From assembly GCF_009914755.1 (NCBI RefSeq), contig NC_060926.1: a stretch of DNA of 64,000 bases; one strand, 5' to 3'. Numbering within the stretch: the stretch's first letter is position 1; each line of letters begins with the position of its first letter. This document shows positions 43,549 to 57,639 of the stretch, one piece after another. The notes under the pieces were generated by a model. That model made no database searches and had not been told where the DNA came from. It worked only from the letters and a program-made list of their open reading frames with translations. The stretch is from the human T2T-CHM13v2.0 reference genome, Homo sapiens. The position numbers and the translations under genes are program-made.

Positions 43549-44965
43549 CTTAGCCTGCTGCTCCCAACTGATTTGAGCTGTCACTACTCAGAAGGGCAGG
43601 TTGCTGCCCCTTCCCCTGCCATGTGCTGGTTCCCCCTACTCTCTTGGCAGTTTTTTCAGGGATGGGAGTCGAAAGATAATCATCTTCTTACTCTTCAGGT
43701 ATCTGTAAGATAGAAAAAGAAATCCTGCCAAAGTTGAAGAACGTCTCCCAACCTTTTAGACACTGAAATTCTATAGAAATAGAGAAGAAAAAATGAAACA
43801 AAGCAAAAGAAAATGACCCAACTACTCAGATTAGAGCCTCGAATTAAAAACTGACAGACAGGCTGCTTTACATCATCCTGAAATTACTTGTGCCTGGTCT
43901 CAGACTAAGGCTCCTGCCTATAGCTGTACAGTAAAGATATCAGTTTGTTACTCACCGCCAAGAGCCTGAGGAGGCAGGACTCAAGGTTCTGTTCATAGCA
44001 GAGCTTCTCACTGTGCTCACACTTGTGCAGGCATCAGACTGTCCTGCAGGGCTGTTAAAATGACTCTTGGTCCAGGGTGGGGCCAGAGAACTTGTGTTTC
44101 TAAAACGTTCTGTTACTCATAGGACTGGTACCAGACCACACTTAGAGAACCACTCAAATTGAATGACACCCCTGTTTTACTTGCTTCCGTTTTCCACCAA
44201 TTAAGAAATGGCAGTCACAGGAAAGGAAAGTAAAATCATAGGTTTGCTGATGAAGCTGAAATGGGGAAATATGGTATAGGCAGAGATTGTCAATGGATTT
44301 CTTAAGGCTGAACCCCAGAGTTAGACATACATGTGCACCCACTCACGGGCAGCACTGGATCCTGTGAGCATCCCTTGATGGGGACCTGCCCATGGAAAAT
44401 GTAAGACATGGAGAAACAGAGTGGGGACACACACTTCCTGCAGGCAGCTAGCTCCTGAAGAGAATGAGGAGAGGAAGGGGAGGAGGTGGGCAAGCTCAGT
44501 TCCTTCTGTCAAACCCAACAATCAGGTAAAACACTCCACACTCCCAAATAATGCAGGAAATGAGGGACTCAAGAAAGATCAGGTAGGATGAGCTAGGCTA
44601 ATGGATGTCCCTCCCTTAGAAACAGGAATAGTCAATCAATAGCCCTCCTCCCAAAGAAACTAATGTCCAAGCTTGCCAACCCCCTCCCACACCAAATACC
44701 AGGCTTTTTGCCCCAATGAGTTTAATCAGTAACTAAATTGAGTTCAAATTCTATCCCAGCTTAGACTGGTTATTTAGCCCGTATGAGCCTTAGTGTTATG
44801 CCTACAACATTGGGATAATGTAAGTCTTATCTCCAGTGATCGCTGTGAGGATTAAACAAGCTATCACTTTGTATCTAGGAGGGACTCTCCATATAACAAT
44901 TTTCCTTCCTTCTCTGTCTTCCTTCATCTCTTAGCCTTGTGACTTGATATGATAAAATATGTTAT

Positions 44966-45498
<533 letters not shown>

Positions 45499-46699
45499 AA
45501 GCTAGAGTTTTCTATAGTGGCTCCATAGGAAATCTGTGGCTTTGGTTGGCTTCAGGAGGAAAGCCAACTGCTAATCATGGGACAGGGTAAGGATAGTTGA
45601 GGGATGGGGAACAGCATGGGCCGAGGCTTAGTACAAGGGACCCGAGAGACAGGCGGACACACCTGGATGGGTGGTCACTTGTTCTGTTCACAATCAGTTC
45701 TTGTCCTGAGCCAATCACCAGACTTAAAAGGTCCCCACGCTGTAGTCTTTTATATCATTGCCCATTCAGTTCGCAGGCATTGAGAGCATAACTAGTAGCA
45801 ATTTCTCTGCCTTTTATGTATAATGATTCGATTGATTTGAATGTCAGGGCATGTCTCTAAGTCTAGAGGGTAAGCAGTCCATCCTGTGAGGGAGCATAGT
45901 TATTTTTCTTTCTTTAAGTCAATGACTCTCTTTGATGGTGGCTGCACATTCAAATCACCTGGGAGCATTAAAAATAGTAGCAAAGCTCTACCTTTTATCA
46001 ATAAACTTCAAATCTCAAAGGGTGGAGGCTGGCATATATATTTTCTTAAGAGCTCTTCAGATGATTCTAGCATGCGGCCTAGGTCAGGAAAGTCTGTGGC
46101 CAAGGCAGCCTGTTCACTCGTGTGGAAATGGCATTTCTAAGCATTGATTTTTCTCAGGAACAATTAGGAAGCAATTAACAAACAATTAACCAGACTGTTA
46201 GTATGCTATAGATAAGCACCAAACCTGCATGGGATTTTGAAATAAAATAACCAAGAAAAGCATGTTTTTCAAATGTAAACTGGGATACTGTTTTACATGC
46301 TAAATAAATGGCCTGGCAAACAAAGGGGCTATATTTATATAAATGGTTAACTTTTAGTCATGTTTCTAAATCACACGTTATTTTGCAATAAAATAAAGAT
46401 TATGAAGACAGAACAACTTAATAAAAACATGTACTTGACTATTTGAGTTGAGTAAGATCATATTTATCTTTTCTTATGACTAATAGCTAGTTGGATATTT
46501 TGTTTCTGAAGTGGTAAGCTGTTTAAACAAGTATAAAGGAGAAATCTTATTTGGTTAGCAGGACCAGGAAGTGAATCTATGTTAGTGTCCAGTTTCCATT
46601 CATTAACTTATTCATTCAATAAATATTTATTGAATTTCCTCCATTGTGTACCTAGCATTAGACTAGAAAGTGGTTACACTGTTTGTTTTGTTGCTGTTG

Positions 46700-46855
46700 T
46701 TATTTTTAGAGACAGGGTCTCACTCTGTTACCCAGGCTGGAGTGCAATGGCACAATCATGGCTTACTGCAAACTCATCCTCCTGGGCTCAAGTGATCCTC
46801 CCCGCTTCACCCTCCAGAGTACCTGAGACTAAGGTGTGTGCCACCATATCCGGCA
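46700..46855 (-). mobile_element. AluJ right arm / FRAM within an L2 remnant
   Basis: gagacagggtctcactctgttacccaggctgg...ctcctgggctcaagtgatcctcc; L2 tail cattcattaacttattcattcaataaatatttattga just upstream. Confidence 0.85.
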
Positions 46856-47412
46856 ACTATCAGTATTGTTGACTAAAGCAGGTTTGGTTTCTGAACTTCT
46901 GTTTTAGGTACTTATAATCTAATGGAAGAAAGATGATAATAAATGATGAGTTGTGCTAAGTGCAATGAAGAAAGCAAACAGGATATAGCAATTGAGGAAA
47001 ACTGTGTGTGTGTTTTGTGAGGTGTTCTACTGTGATAGAATCTGAAGATCCTATCCACTCTTCTGAACCAAGAATGCAGAATAAAGTGGAGCCAACTTTC
47101 AGACTTAGAGCACTGTAAGGCAGAAGGCCCAGGCAAAGAAGAATTTAGCCTGTGAGAGGCTCTGAAAGATAAATGTGCTAAAATAGGGAGTAGTCACACA
47201 CATGCATTCATGATAATTATTTTTTTCCTCAGTTTGTTCTTTTGCATATCTTTATTTTTCCTTTTAAGACCAATTGAAGTCAATATTTATTGAGTATTTT
47301 CTATGTGTCAGTAGTTAAAATAGTCTGAGACAGTGCTAGGAAGAAATTAAAAAAAAAAAAAAAAAGAAATTAAAACCTGATGGGAGAAACAACCCTGACC
47401 TAAGAGAGGCAG

Positions 47413-47621
47413 ATTGTACTTGCTCTTAAAAAAAGTGCAATCTTGAGAACAAGTATAGAAATATGAAAATGTTAAATACAATATAAGGCAATGTTTTGAA
47501 ACTATAAAGAGAAATTAGTGTGAAGACTAAAGGAGATGATATGTAAAATGCTTAGTGATTTGTAGTTGCTTAGTTTAACATTTTTCTAAAAATCATAGTT
47601 CAAACTGGAAGAGTGGGAAAG
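47413..47621 (+). repeat. Copy 2 of the local 209-bp duplication (no Alu)
   Basis: attgtacttgctctta...agaaatatgaaaatgttaaatac...caaactggaagagtgggaaag. Confidence 0.95.
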
Positions 47622-48429
47622 GTAGAGGTGTCTCTAAGAAAGACATGCATACAAGTTATGAAAGTGTGTGCAGTCAGAAAAAGGCAAAGGAGGGTGTCTA
47701 GCTTTCCCTGGGGGATCTGCAACATCAGGCAGGAATTTTTCCATGAGAAGGCCCTCATAGACCCCAGGGAATCATGGAGATGATCCAAGGATGTTTGGTT
47801 GGCAACAGTTAAGCTGGTGAGGAGGAACACATTAATTAGTTATGCCTAGATAAGAAAACTGGAGAGTCAACTCAAGTCAGCTTTCCAAATCAGTCATCCA
47901 ATCCGAATGCTTCTAAAATAATGAACAATTAAAAGTAATTTCACACTGGTTCTCAGTTCTAGCTGCACGTTAGAGTTACCTAGGCATCTTCCTAAAGCAC
48001 TGGGGTCTAAACCCCACTGCAGACAAATGACACAGTCTCTGTAGGGCAGGTCCAAGAAGAGCATGGGACGTACATTTACGAAAGATGATGAACTACTGCC
48101 TCATCCTCATAGGACCTCAGTCTTCATAAGTAGTGCCAATTCAATATGGCAAGACCACAGTCTCTCCCTTAATCTCTACTTTTTTTTTTCCTGTCTGAGT
48201 AAATTTACTCAAAGAACCAGTTCAAATATTACCTCTAAAATGAAACATTTATTTATACTCCTAGGAAAAATTATTTCTTAGCAAAAGAGTTAAGGAAGCC
48301 CCGTTGAGGTATTTTGTACATTGATTTTCCTGTGATTACATATGAGGTTACACAGTCCTCAAGGGTTTGATTGCATTAAAATACATAGCACCTAGCCTAA
48401 CGCTCACAACATATCAAGTCTTGAATATA

Positions 48430-48843
48430 GGAAGGAAGGAAGGAAGGAGAGGGAGAAAGAAATGAAGAAAGGAAGGAGGAGAGGGAGTAAAGGAAGGAAG
48501 GAGGAAGGGAGGCAGACAGAAGGGAAAAAAGGAAGGGAGAGAGGGGTGGGGAGGGAGAGAGGTGGGAGAAAAGAAGAAAGAGGGATGGAAGGGAGGGAGA
48601 AAAATGGGCAGGAGGAAGGGTGGGGAAGAGGGAGGAAGGAAGGAAAGAAAGGGAAGAGGGAGAAAGGAAGGAAAGAATGGGGGCGAGAGAAAGGAAGGAA
48701 GAGGGAAGGGAGAAAGGAGGGAAGGAAAGAAGGAAGAGAAGTAGGGAGAGGGGGAGGGAGGAGGGAGAAGTAAAAGAAGGAAAGGAGGGAGGGAGAGAGA
48801 GAGAGGGAAGGAAGGAAGGAAAGAAGGAAGGAAGGAAAAAAGA
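48430..48843. repeat. GA-rich low-complexity / (GGAA)n tract
   Basis: About 410 bp almost entirely purine on the + strand. Confidence 0.95.
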
Positions 48844-49059
48844 TTCATTAATAAGAATGATTCAATTAGTTTGCATACCAGGCTGTGCCTTTGGCAGCTG
48901 AGGGTGTTCAGGTACCAGAGACCTAAGAGAAAGGGTACAAAAAGGAAAGATAGAAGTGCCAGGGAGACTACTTGTATGAGGGCTTCAGCAGCATTTTTAA
49001 CTTACCATTTGATGTTTTTAGCTTTAGAATACTTTCCTCAAATATATATAACAGAAATT

Positions 49060-49235
49060 AGTAGCCTTAAGTGTGGTCCCCTGACCAACAGCATCTTGGG
49101 ATTTGTTAGAAATGCAAATTCTCACAACCTGCCCCAGACCTACCACACCAGCAACTCTGGGGTTAGGGCCCAGCATTCTGATTTTGCAAGCGTTTCCACG
49201 TGTTTCCGATGTGTCCTCAAGCTTGAGAACCGCTG
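49060..49235. mobile_element. MER5A
   Basis: aagtgtggtccctgaccaacagcatc...ttgttagaaatgcaaattctc...cccagaccta...ttgagaaccgctg. Confidence 0.85.
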
Positions 49236-51514
49236 GTGTAGATAAAAGTCGACTTACTTTGGTTGAAACACAGCTAGTAAATAGCTGTCAATTCCTACTC
49301 CCTTTCCATGCAAATACACACAAATACAGTCCTGTGGAGTCTGTCTCCATAGAGTCCCCAAGTCCTCACACAACGAAGTTGAATAAGCTGGTCTTGCAAG
49401 TGTGAGCCTCCCTCTATGTTATACACAGTCTCAGTGTTGCCTGACTCCAGAGTTCCCGTGGTTCTCCACATGTGAACTTCAAGAGGAATTATTTCTCTTG
49501 ATGACTTTTAGATTCAGACTTTTGCTAATTCACACAATCCCAAATCTGATGATTGCCAGAACTTTGTCTGATTAAAAAAGAAAAAGTCAGTTAAAGCAGT
49601 TTTCAGTTTGGTATATGCAGCCTACCCAACTCTGTTCACTTTCTACCAAACAATCCTTCCCTAATATTGTAACCTTCAAGAGTGGTCCCAAAGCCATCCA
49701 CACTTCTGTAGGCACCATTGACATAGCATATGCTGAGCAGATTCCCAAGCTGCCATTTCACCCAATCATATTTTAGACAGTTGAAGTCTTTATTTGAGAA
49801 GCATTCCGATCTGAGGGTTTTTTCCCTCGTCTACTTAAAATTTCATAGCTGTGTTAATTTATCACCCCTCCTCATTGCGTAGCTTCTGAGTAAGTTATAC
49901 AGTAATGGTGAATGATAAATCAGAGGGCCAGGCCTATATTACTCATGACATTGTAATAGTATTAATCTGAGATAGCTTTTAATTGTCCGTTCTACAGTCT
50001 TTAATGCTAAGAAGATATAGAGGTTTCCATTATTCTAATTGTATTTCAAATAAATGTATGGGCTCAAATTTTTCCTCTCTGTTAAAAAAAAGGCTAAATT
50101 AGAGATGTCTTGCATATAAAATGAATTATTTTACAGCAAAACTTTGATTAATCACACTGAAAAATAGCAGAAATCTCAACTGTATGTATGTTGTCTGCAC
50201 TTAGTTTGTCAGAAAATGACAAAAAGGGTCAGAAAATAAGGTTTCATCGTGAAATTAAAAAACGAAATTTCAAAAAACTTTCAAAGCAACCCCCTATGCC
50301 TTTCATATCTGTAATCTAGTTAAGTGAAAATGGATGTTCAGATAACCTGTGGTCCTTTTAGCTATCAAGCAAAAAGTGGATTATTTTCAAAGGCTTCATT
50401 TGCAAGATAAGAAATGGATTAATGCATTTTCAAAGTACTTTCAACAAGACTATTGAGACAAATTAGGTTAATTTTGAAGTTATTGAAAAGACCACTTTCC
50501 AAGTATTCCAGTCAATCAAACTTTAATTACAGTAACTACATATATTGATCATACTTAGAAGAAAAAGGCAGTTACCCAGAAAAGTGAAATTTCCTGGTAA
50601 TTGATGCTTTCCATATGAAGCACCAAAACATTTGGATATGAACTATTGTGGTTGTAGTTAAACCATTTGCAGTCTGACTAAACAGAGAACAGTGACTGTC
50701 TTTAGATATTCCTCATGGCATTTGTATCAGTTGGCATCATTCATACGAGCACAGTGAATAAAGCAGGAACTGGTCTATAAAGCATTCTTATCTTTCAGAC
50801 AGTGGAACTCAGTATATTTACTTTCTTCTACATTAAGGAGTCCAAGACGGGTGCTGTAAATCTTTTTTTTTTTTCTTTTAATAAACTCTTTAGTTTTATC
50901 TTCCCCTCCTGCTGTCTCTTGGTGGCCACTGCTAAACTAAGGTCTCTAGCAAGAATTTCTATGGAGTTCTTTGGGTCCATGTCTGAAAGTGGCCCTCTGT
51001 CTATCTTACTTCACAACCAGAAGGTTGTGGGGACAAGGCAAGTACTTTGGACCAGAAAAGCAGATCACAGAAGATTTATAAGTGTTTAGGCAGCAGTAGG
51101 TCAGATGCCAGAGGAATAAATTGAGATCAAGAGTGCAAAATGAGAATTCCCAAGTATATGCGATTAGACAGAGCCTGGAAAATTGCCAGGAACTGGTGGG
51201 GGTGGGCAGTGATGGGGGTGGGTCAGCACAAGATGATGTCCAAGTGCCAGGCCAAATAGCAAGTAAGAGATCTCTGGAAATTGAAGCAGACGGACAAATT
51301 TGAAATAAAATAAAATAAACAGAATTTGGAATCAGTTATATGGAAAAGACACAGAGAAGCAATTGATATTTTAGCTTCAATATTTCTTACTTCTTAAATC
51401 GTCAAGTCACCCACTTCTCACCACCTGCACCATTACCACCCTAATCTGAGCTATCATATCTCTTCCATAAACGCTAATCCTGTAGAAGTCCCTCCAGCTG
51501 GTCTCCACAGGCAG

Positions 51515-52026
51515 GCGATGCCATTGCTGGCCCACCCAGATCCTCTTTACCAGGCAGGTGCGTCCATCCCCCAGCAGCTATGAGCATTGGCTGCTAATAG
51601 TCCCCAGCAGCTATGAGCATTGGCTGCTAATAGTCCCCAGTGGCATCCTTCCTCTGAGAACCGTCCTAGCATATAGGAAAATACCTGGGAGAGTAGCGCA
51701 CCCTCCCTTTGGCGTGCATCCCCCAGCCAATTAATTAACAGAAATCCAAAGGCTGGCTCCTCAACTTGAGGTGAGATAAACCTGTGGTACCATGCAGACT
51801 CCAGGTATACCTGTAGGATCAGGTACAGTGAAAACAGATGTCAGTTAAAGCAGGTCTTCATTGAACAAACTTCTAACCTGGAAGTACAAGTATTTCATTT
51901 TCCTCAATTCCTTACTGTTTTTTATCTATATATTAAATATATATATATATATTTTCCTAGGCCCTCTCCCACTTGGACAAGTACCTATCTCTCAAACCCT
52001 GCTTCTGGGAAGCCTTATATAAGATG
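51515..52026 (+). mobile_element. LTR16-family ERVL LTR
   Basis: gatgccattgctggcccacccagatcctctttacc...attggctgctaa...; 3' end ctcaaaccctgcttctgggaagcc..taaga. Confidence 0.7.
51569..51640. repeat. Perfect 33-bp tandem duplication
   Basis: ccccagcagctatgagcattggctgctaatagt twice, followed by ccccag. Confidence 0.96.
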
Positions 52027-52696
52027 CACTGTCTTCACATTTGCTGCCCTGTAGCATAAGTAAATACAGTTATTTAACTTAGGATAATGCCATATGATTT
52101 GCCAAAATTGTATTTTGAATTTTGTTCTAGACAGAAGAAATTTTATATCATTAAGATGAGTGAAATTCCTATTAAAAAGGATAAAAGCGCAACTCGATTT
52201 CTGACTTCATAAAGATTGAATATTGTTTCTTACTCATTCTACTTGGAAATAGTCAAGAAACTCTCTGAAAGTAGAATATTTCAAAAAATTCTGAGAAAAT
52301 TAAGATATTTAGAAACAAAAAGGATAGCTGTTTTGAAAAATAAGTAAAGTAAGGGAAATCAAAAAATTTTTCTTGACTACTTTGACTTTACTGGGTATAT
52401 CACATACATTAATAGATTCTGATAGCACTTCAGTTTTTTGTTGTTTTCTCCGTGTTGCAGCTAAAACATTGGGGCTCAGTTGACTTAAGAAATTTGCCCA
52501 ATGTCGTATAACTAGCCAGTTTTAAGTTTGTCCTAAGGTATCTGACTCCAAACCCTTTGTGCTTTTCTTTCTGCCAGTGTACAGTATTCCAATGAGTGCT
52601 AATTAAGCATTTAAATAGCAAGAAAAGCAAATAAAAAAAAGATGGCGTACTTTCAGTAATTTAAGTAAATCTGGGAAATACTATATATTATATCCC

Positions 52697-53207
52697 TGTT
52701 GGGAGATAATTCTCCCTGGATCTCATATGTTTCTATAAAGTCTGAGTCTTATGAGCAAAAGCATTTATAGTCAATTTAAGACTGTATAAGGAGGCATTCC
52801 AGAATAGTAGAGGCACTTTTCTCCCCTCTTAAAGAGACTCGCTCGTATGCTTGTATTCCTGGGTACTACAGATAATATCTCTCTCTGTAGGGCAAGATAG
52901 ATGGGTTTGCTAGCTGTGTTGTAATAAGATTGGGAATTTCCTAAGCTCAGTGTTCTCAGATGTAACCTAGACCCCTTTGTGCACAGCATCCTTTGGGTCC
53001 TCTGCATATCACCCCCAGGGGACTTGAGGAGCAGCGGGGAACCAGTGAAAGCGCAGAGCTCAGGATGCCTCCTGTGATGAAAATAACAAACTGTCTAAAT
53101 CTATTTGAGCTCACTGGCTCCTTACCAGCCAAATCTGTGGAAGTATGGAAACCACTGCAGACACTTCCCACCATATTACTGCTAAGAAACTGCTTTACCA
53201 TTTGACA
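52697..53207 (+). mobile_element. LTR40-like ERVL solo LTR
   Basis: Starts tgttgggagataattctcc, ends tttgaca; 5-bp TSD atccc / atcct. Confidence 0.75.
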
Positions 53208-54759
53208 ATCCTCCTCCTAGGAATTCCAAATTCCAAGTGAGGGCTCTGAGAAGACTTCAGATAAGGAAACCCATTGATTTTTCATTTTACCTAATGTAAC
53301 TTGTTTTCCTCTCTTGGATATTAATAGGAAATGCAGCTCCACAGAGACAGAAAGCCAGGCAGCCAAGCCAGTGTGGGGTCTCTGAAATAACACTGTGCTA
53401 GCTGCTACTTTCCCTGTCTCATTTGAAGATTCACTCTCCCCCGTCTAAGCACACCCAGAAGAAATTCATGAAGCAGATGCTACGCCTCTGAGTCACTGCT
53501 TTTATTTGCTTCTCCTGTATCCACCACCTTCTTAGCTTTAATTACATGGTTTGGCACATTCTTAAGGTAAGGATAAATTCATAACAGAGATTTTCTCCTC
53601 TTAAAGAGCAGCTCTGGAGGAAGCCTTAAGCATTAGATCAAGAATCCACTTAGATGTCTATGCCTCTTCTACATCTTTTCTTCTGCTTACTCTAATTGCT
53701 ATGCAGTCCTATCTAACCTCTAAAAGAGTCTGACTTTCTTCTCCCTCCTGTTGCATTGCTTGATATAATGGTATAAACAACTAAGAAGCTGAAATAATAT
53801 GATGTGAACTTTCCTAAAAGCCAGTCTGAGAATTCTGCAATAGGAGCTACTAAGTAATAAAAAAGAACTCAGCTGGAAATATACTTTGAAAAAATAAATT
53901 GGAAGATGGCTTTAAATGCTTTTGAGTAGTCCCATGGAATATAAAAGGAAGCAGAACACAGAAAATGATAAACAAAACTTTCAAGACTGACTCAATAAGT
54001 AGCTCTTAAAATAGCTATGAGTTTCCCTCCTAACACCCAGCAGGCTGCCAATAACCAGACAGACAAATCGAACAATTAAATGCTATGAGGCAGCATCAGA
54101 AAAGATCCATAACAACATTCTGAGCAGAGCCTTAACCACTGCCTGAATAAAATGGTCCCAGGCACAAGAGGTTGTTTCTGACCTGGACAAAACAGTGAAA
54201 AGGCTGTGAAATGTATTCTTTTACTGAGCATCTGTGATGTGACTGATAATCTAATGTGTTCTGGGAATGTTGAGATAAGAGACACAGACTTTTTCAAAAT
54301 GTAGGGAAGGAAACAGATGAGTAAAATAGTCAATAAAATATGGTCCAGTAAGGTTATGATATATATATGTCATATGTCATTGGGAGATTGGGGGAAAAAC
54401 ACTTCACTCAGATGTGGGGTGTTTGAAGGGCTGAGTCCTCAGATGAGACTTTCTAGGTGAGGATAAATTTTCCAGGTTAAAAAAAGATCAGCAAATAGAG
54501 ATTCTAGGAGGACGTGGTGTGTTCAAGGGCATCAAGCCATGAAAGGGCTGGTGCTTTGGGAGATACCGCAGGCCAGTCTGGCTGGAGTGCTGAAAACATG
54601 TGAGGACAGATTGTGAAATGACTCTGGAGCTTGAAAAGAGGTAAAATCATGAAAGGCCTTTTGTGTCACGCTAAGGGACTTGGATTTCATCCTGAGAGTG
54701 AAGAAGAAACCACTGACACGATTTATAGTCAGGTCTCACTCTTTTTCTTTTTCCTCTTA

Positions 54760-54778
54760 TGGCCTTCAGCGGGCGCTA
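54760..54778 (+). promoter_or_regulatory. Candidate CTCF site
   Basis: tggccttcagcgggcgcta matches the canonical TGGCCACCAGGGGGCGCTA at 16/19 and retains two CpGs. Confidence 0.5.
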
Positions 54779-57639
54779 ACACTGGTTGGCAGAATGGCCA
54801 ATTCATAATTTATAGATCAAAGTATGTACTTCTCACAAAATGAATTCAAAAGTGATTAACTTTTTCAATATACTGTGTTATCACATCCTGACTTAATTTG
54901 TTTTTCTCCTGGTTTAAAGTATGTTTCTGGATGTACAAAGTAAATCTTTGCATTTTACAAAGATTTTTTTTTAAAGCCAATATAAGGAGACTTCGTGGTC
55001 TATTATATATGATAATAAGTTCCAATTGGAAAGAATCTGGTAGTGTTAATAAAGAATCCTTAAAACCAAAGAAGGGACCATGTTTAATGGGAACATTTAT
55101 AATGCACATATCCCAGTAGCAATTAGAATGGGGGAGGGAGAATCAGCAACAGATCCATGAGAATTTGGCATATGTGGCCTCTAGCTTTACATAGGCTGAT
55201 AGATTTTCAGTCAAGCTTGAATATGGAAGTCTTGAAAACTCTTTCCTCCATCCTCTGTTTCCTAGAGATTACTCTTTCAAGTGATCTCATCATTGTCAGC
55301 CTCTCTGATAAGATCCTAGACCCTGGCTGCAGTTTGACTCCAGAGTACTCTTTCCTTTATATTATCTCCACAGACCTGGCTCTTTTGCAGAAAGAAATTT
55401 TTAAATTTGGGACACTGAAAAGAGCACATCAAATACTGAAAACTGTTTCATGAGGATCAAAAGCTTGCTCTCTTTATGCAGCTACTTTTGGTAAATACTG
55501 CTTAAATAGTTACTAGGAAGTCTTCAACTGTATTACTAAATGATATTGCAGTGAACATCAAAAATGGGAGGATAGTTCATTTAATCTGAAAAGCTGCATA
55601 TTTTTATATTATGTATACTGCAGTGCTTGACATAGCTCACTGTTTTTCATTTCCTTGCAACTGCTGGCCTCTTAAATTGCCTTTTTTTTTTTTTTTTATC
55701 ATGTTTCTGTTACATTCAGGCTCTTTCTTGCTGAGTTATTTTGAAAAAAAAAAGAAAAAACAGTTTTGATCTCAAAGGTACTGATATTAAGATTTATCCA
55801 TACAATTAAAAAATTTTAAATGTAGGCCTAGAAAGACATTAGAATTGTTCCAGACTTTTTATAGCATCAAATTTCCTCAAGTCTCTACCATTGCTTAAAT
55901 TTGTCACCCAGCTAATGTGTATGAGGTCAGTAAAATGGAAGTACTGGCATTTCTATTTGATGAAAAGTTCTATTTAATTAATTATATTTGTCCCCATGAA
56001 GCCTAATAATGCATCAAGATTGAAAAAAATTATATGTATACAAATATATAAAGAAGATAAATTTATAATATTTATTTTGGGTTAGAACACAATGTTGCCC
56101 CATATAAATAACATTTTGATGTGTTAAGAAAGAAAGAAAACAACAGTTAAATAAACCACCAGTTAGATTGAGTGGGAAAGTGTTTCCTTCCTATACCTAC
56201 CTATGCATTTAATATTTTGGCTTAAATTTGCAATTTATGAATGCAATTTTAGAGAAGGAAAAAACTTCATTTATACTGAGTATGGTAAGAATGTTGTGGG
56301 GAAAATTCTAGTTATTGTGACCTTGAGGGGTTAGGCTATTGTAATATGCCACATATTACATATGCCACTCTGTGTACAGTGTAGCAGTAGAATTCCAGCT
56401 TTTGAATGAACATGGTTTCAAATGATTGGTCCATATTGGGGCCATCATTTCAATCAGGAATTACCAGCTCTGTATATTCCAAAGGTTATGAGGGGGCCTG
56501 TAACATGGCACATTTTCATTTTTTCTTCTGATTCTTATTCTTTCAGAAGTAGCTACCTTTTGACCATTATCAATTTTTAAAAATTGTACTTTGCACGTTT
56601 AATCCATTTTTAACCATACAATAATTACACTCGTGTGGTGGTAAAATTATGTGTCGTTGGGGAATGCATATAAAAACTTGATGTTAAACATACCATAGAT
56701 TCACTCAATTTTTTGATGGGAAATTTTCTGAGCAAAAGCTGTCTAAAAATGGTTCTGATATATCCCAAAGAGGTTATGAATTGCATCATTTACCTAATTA
56801 ATTTATTCACTCTTGCTCATTCATTCTGTAAGTGAGCATTATGTGAACAAAGAGGCACTACTAGGGCACAAGTACAACAAATACGAGAGATGGAGCCACG
56901 AGCATATGCTTCAGGCATTGTGGCCGAGGACAGGCTTCAAAAGACACTCCTACTACAGTCGGAAAAATCTGAGATCAATTATAAGTAACATGCATTGTAT
57001 TTTAGAACTTTTCTGATATTTCAAAAGAGAAAAGAAATTTTCCAACGGCCTAAACACACAATAATTAGCTAAAACTTAAAATAATAATATAATATCGAAC
57101 AATTTGGAAATTCCAGCTTACTGTGGTGCATTTATTGCTATCAGTGCTGAGACTGGGAAGCTAACTTGGGAACTTCATTGAAAATATTGGAAATGAAACT
57201 GAGACTCTTACATTTGATTCAGATCTACAAAGGCTAGGATAGTTTCATGTCAGTAACAACCTCTGGCTCCAAGCATAAGTAATAAAAAAATCCTAACTGG
57301 AGGAAATCTTATTCTTTTTTGCCTCTCAGGGGTCATACAGATTAAACTCAATCAAATGTGAGTTCACATTAAAACTCAAAGCAATAAATGTAATATGTAA
57401 ACCACCATGAGTGAGTGTTTGCAGAAATAAGAAACGTATTTAGACTCTCAAGGACTTAAGAAATTAAAATTATTATATACAGAATATAAAATAATATATG
57501 AAAAGATCAAAGAAATAAAAGCTAAAACACAAAAATGAGCATGGAATAAAAAATTATTTTAAATAATTAAACAGATTTGGAAAAGACCTAAATGGAACTC
57601 TCAGAAACCATCATCACTGAAACTAAAAATTCTATGAGT

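Noticed and set aside
48414-48901. Pro/Phe-rich and Gly/Arg/Glu-rich ORFs
   Set aside because: Artefacts of the stop-free GA-rich tract.
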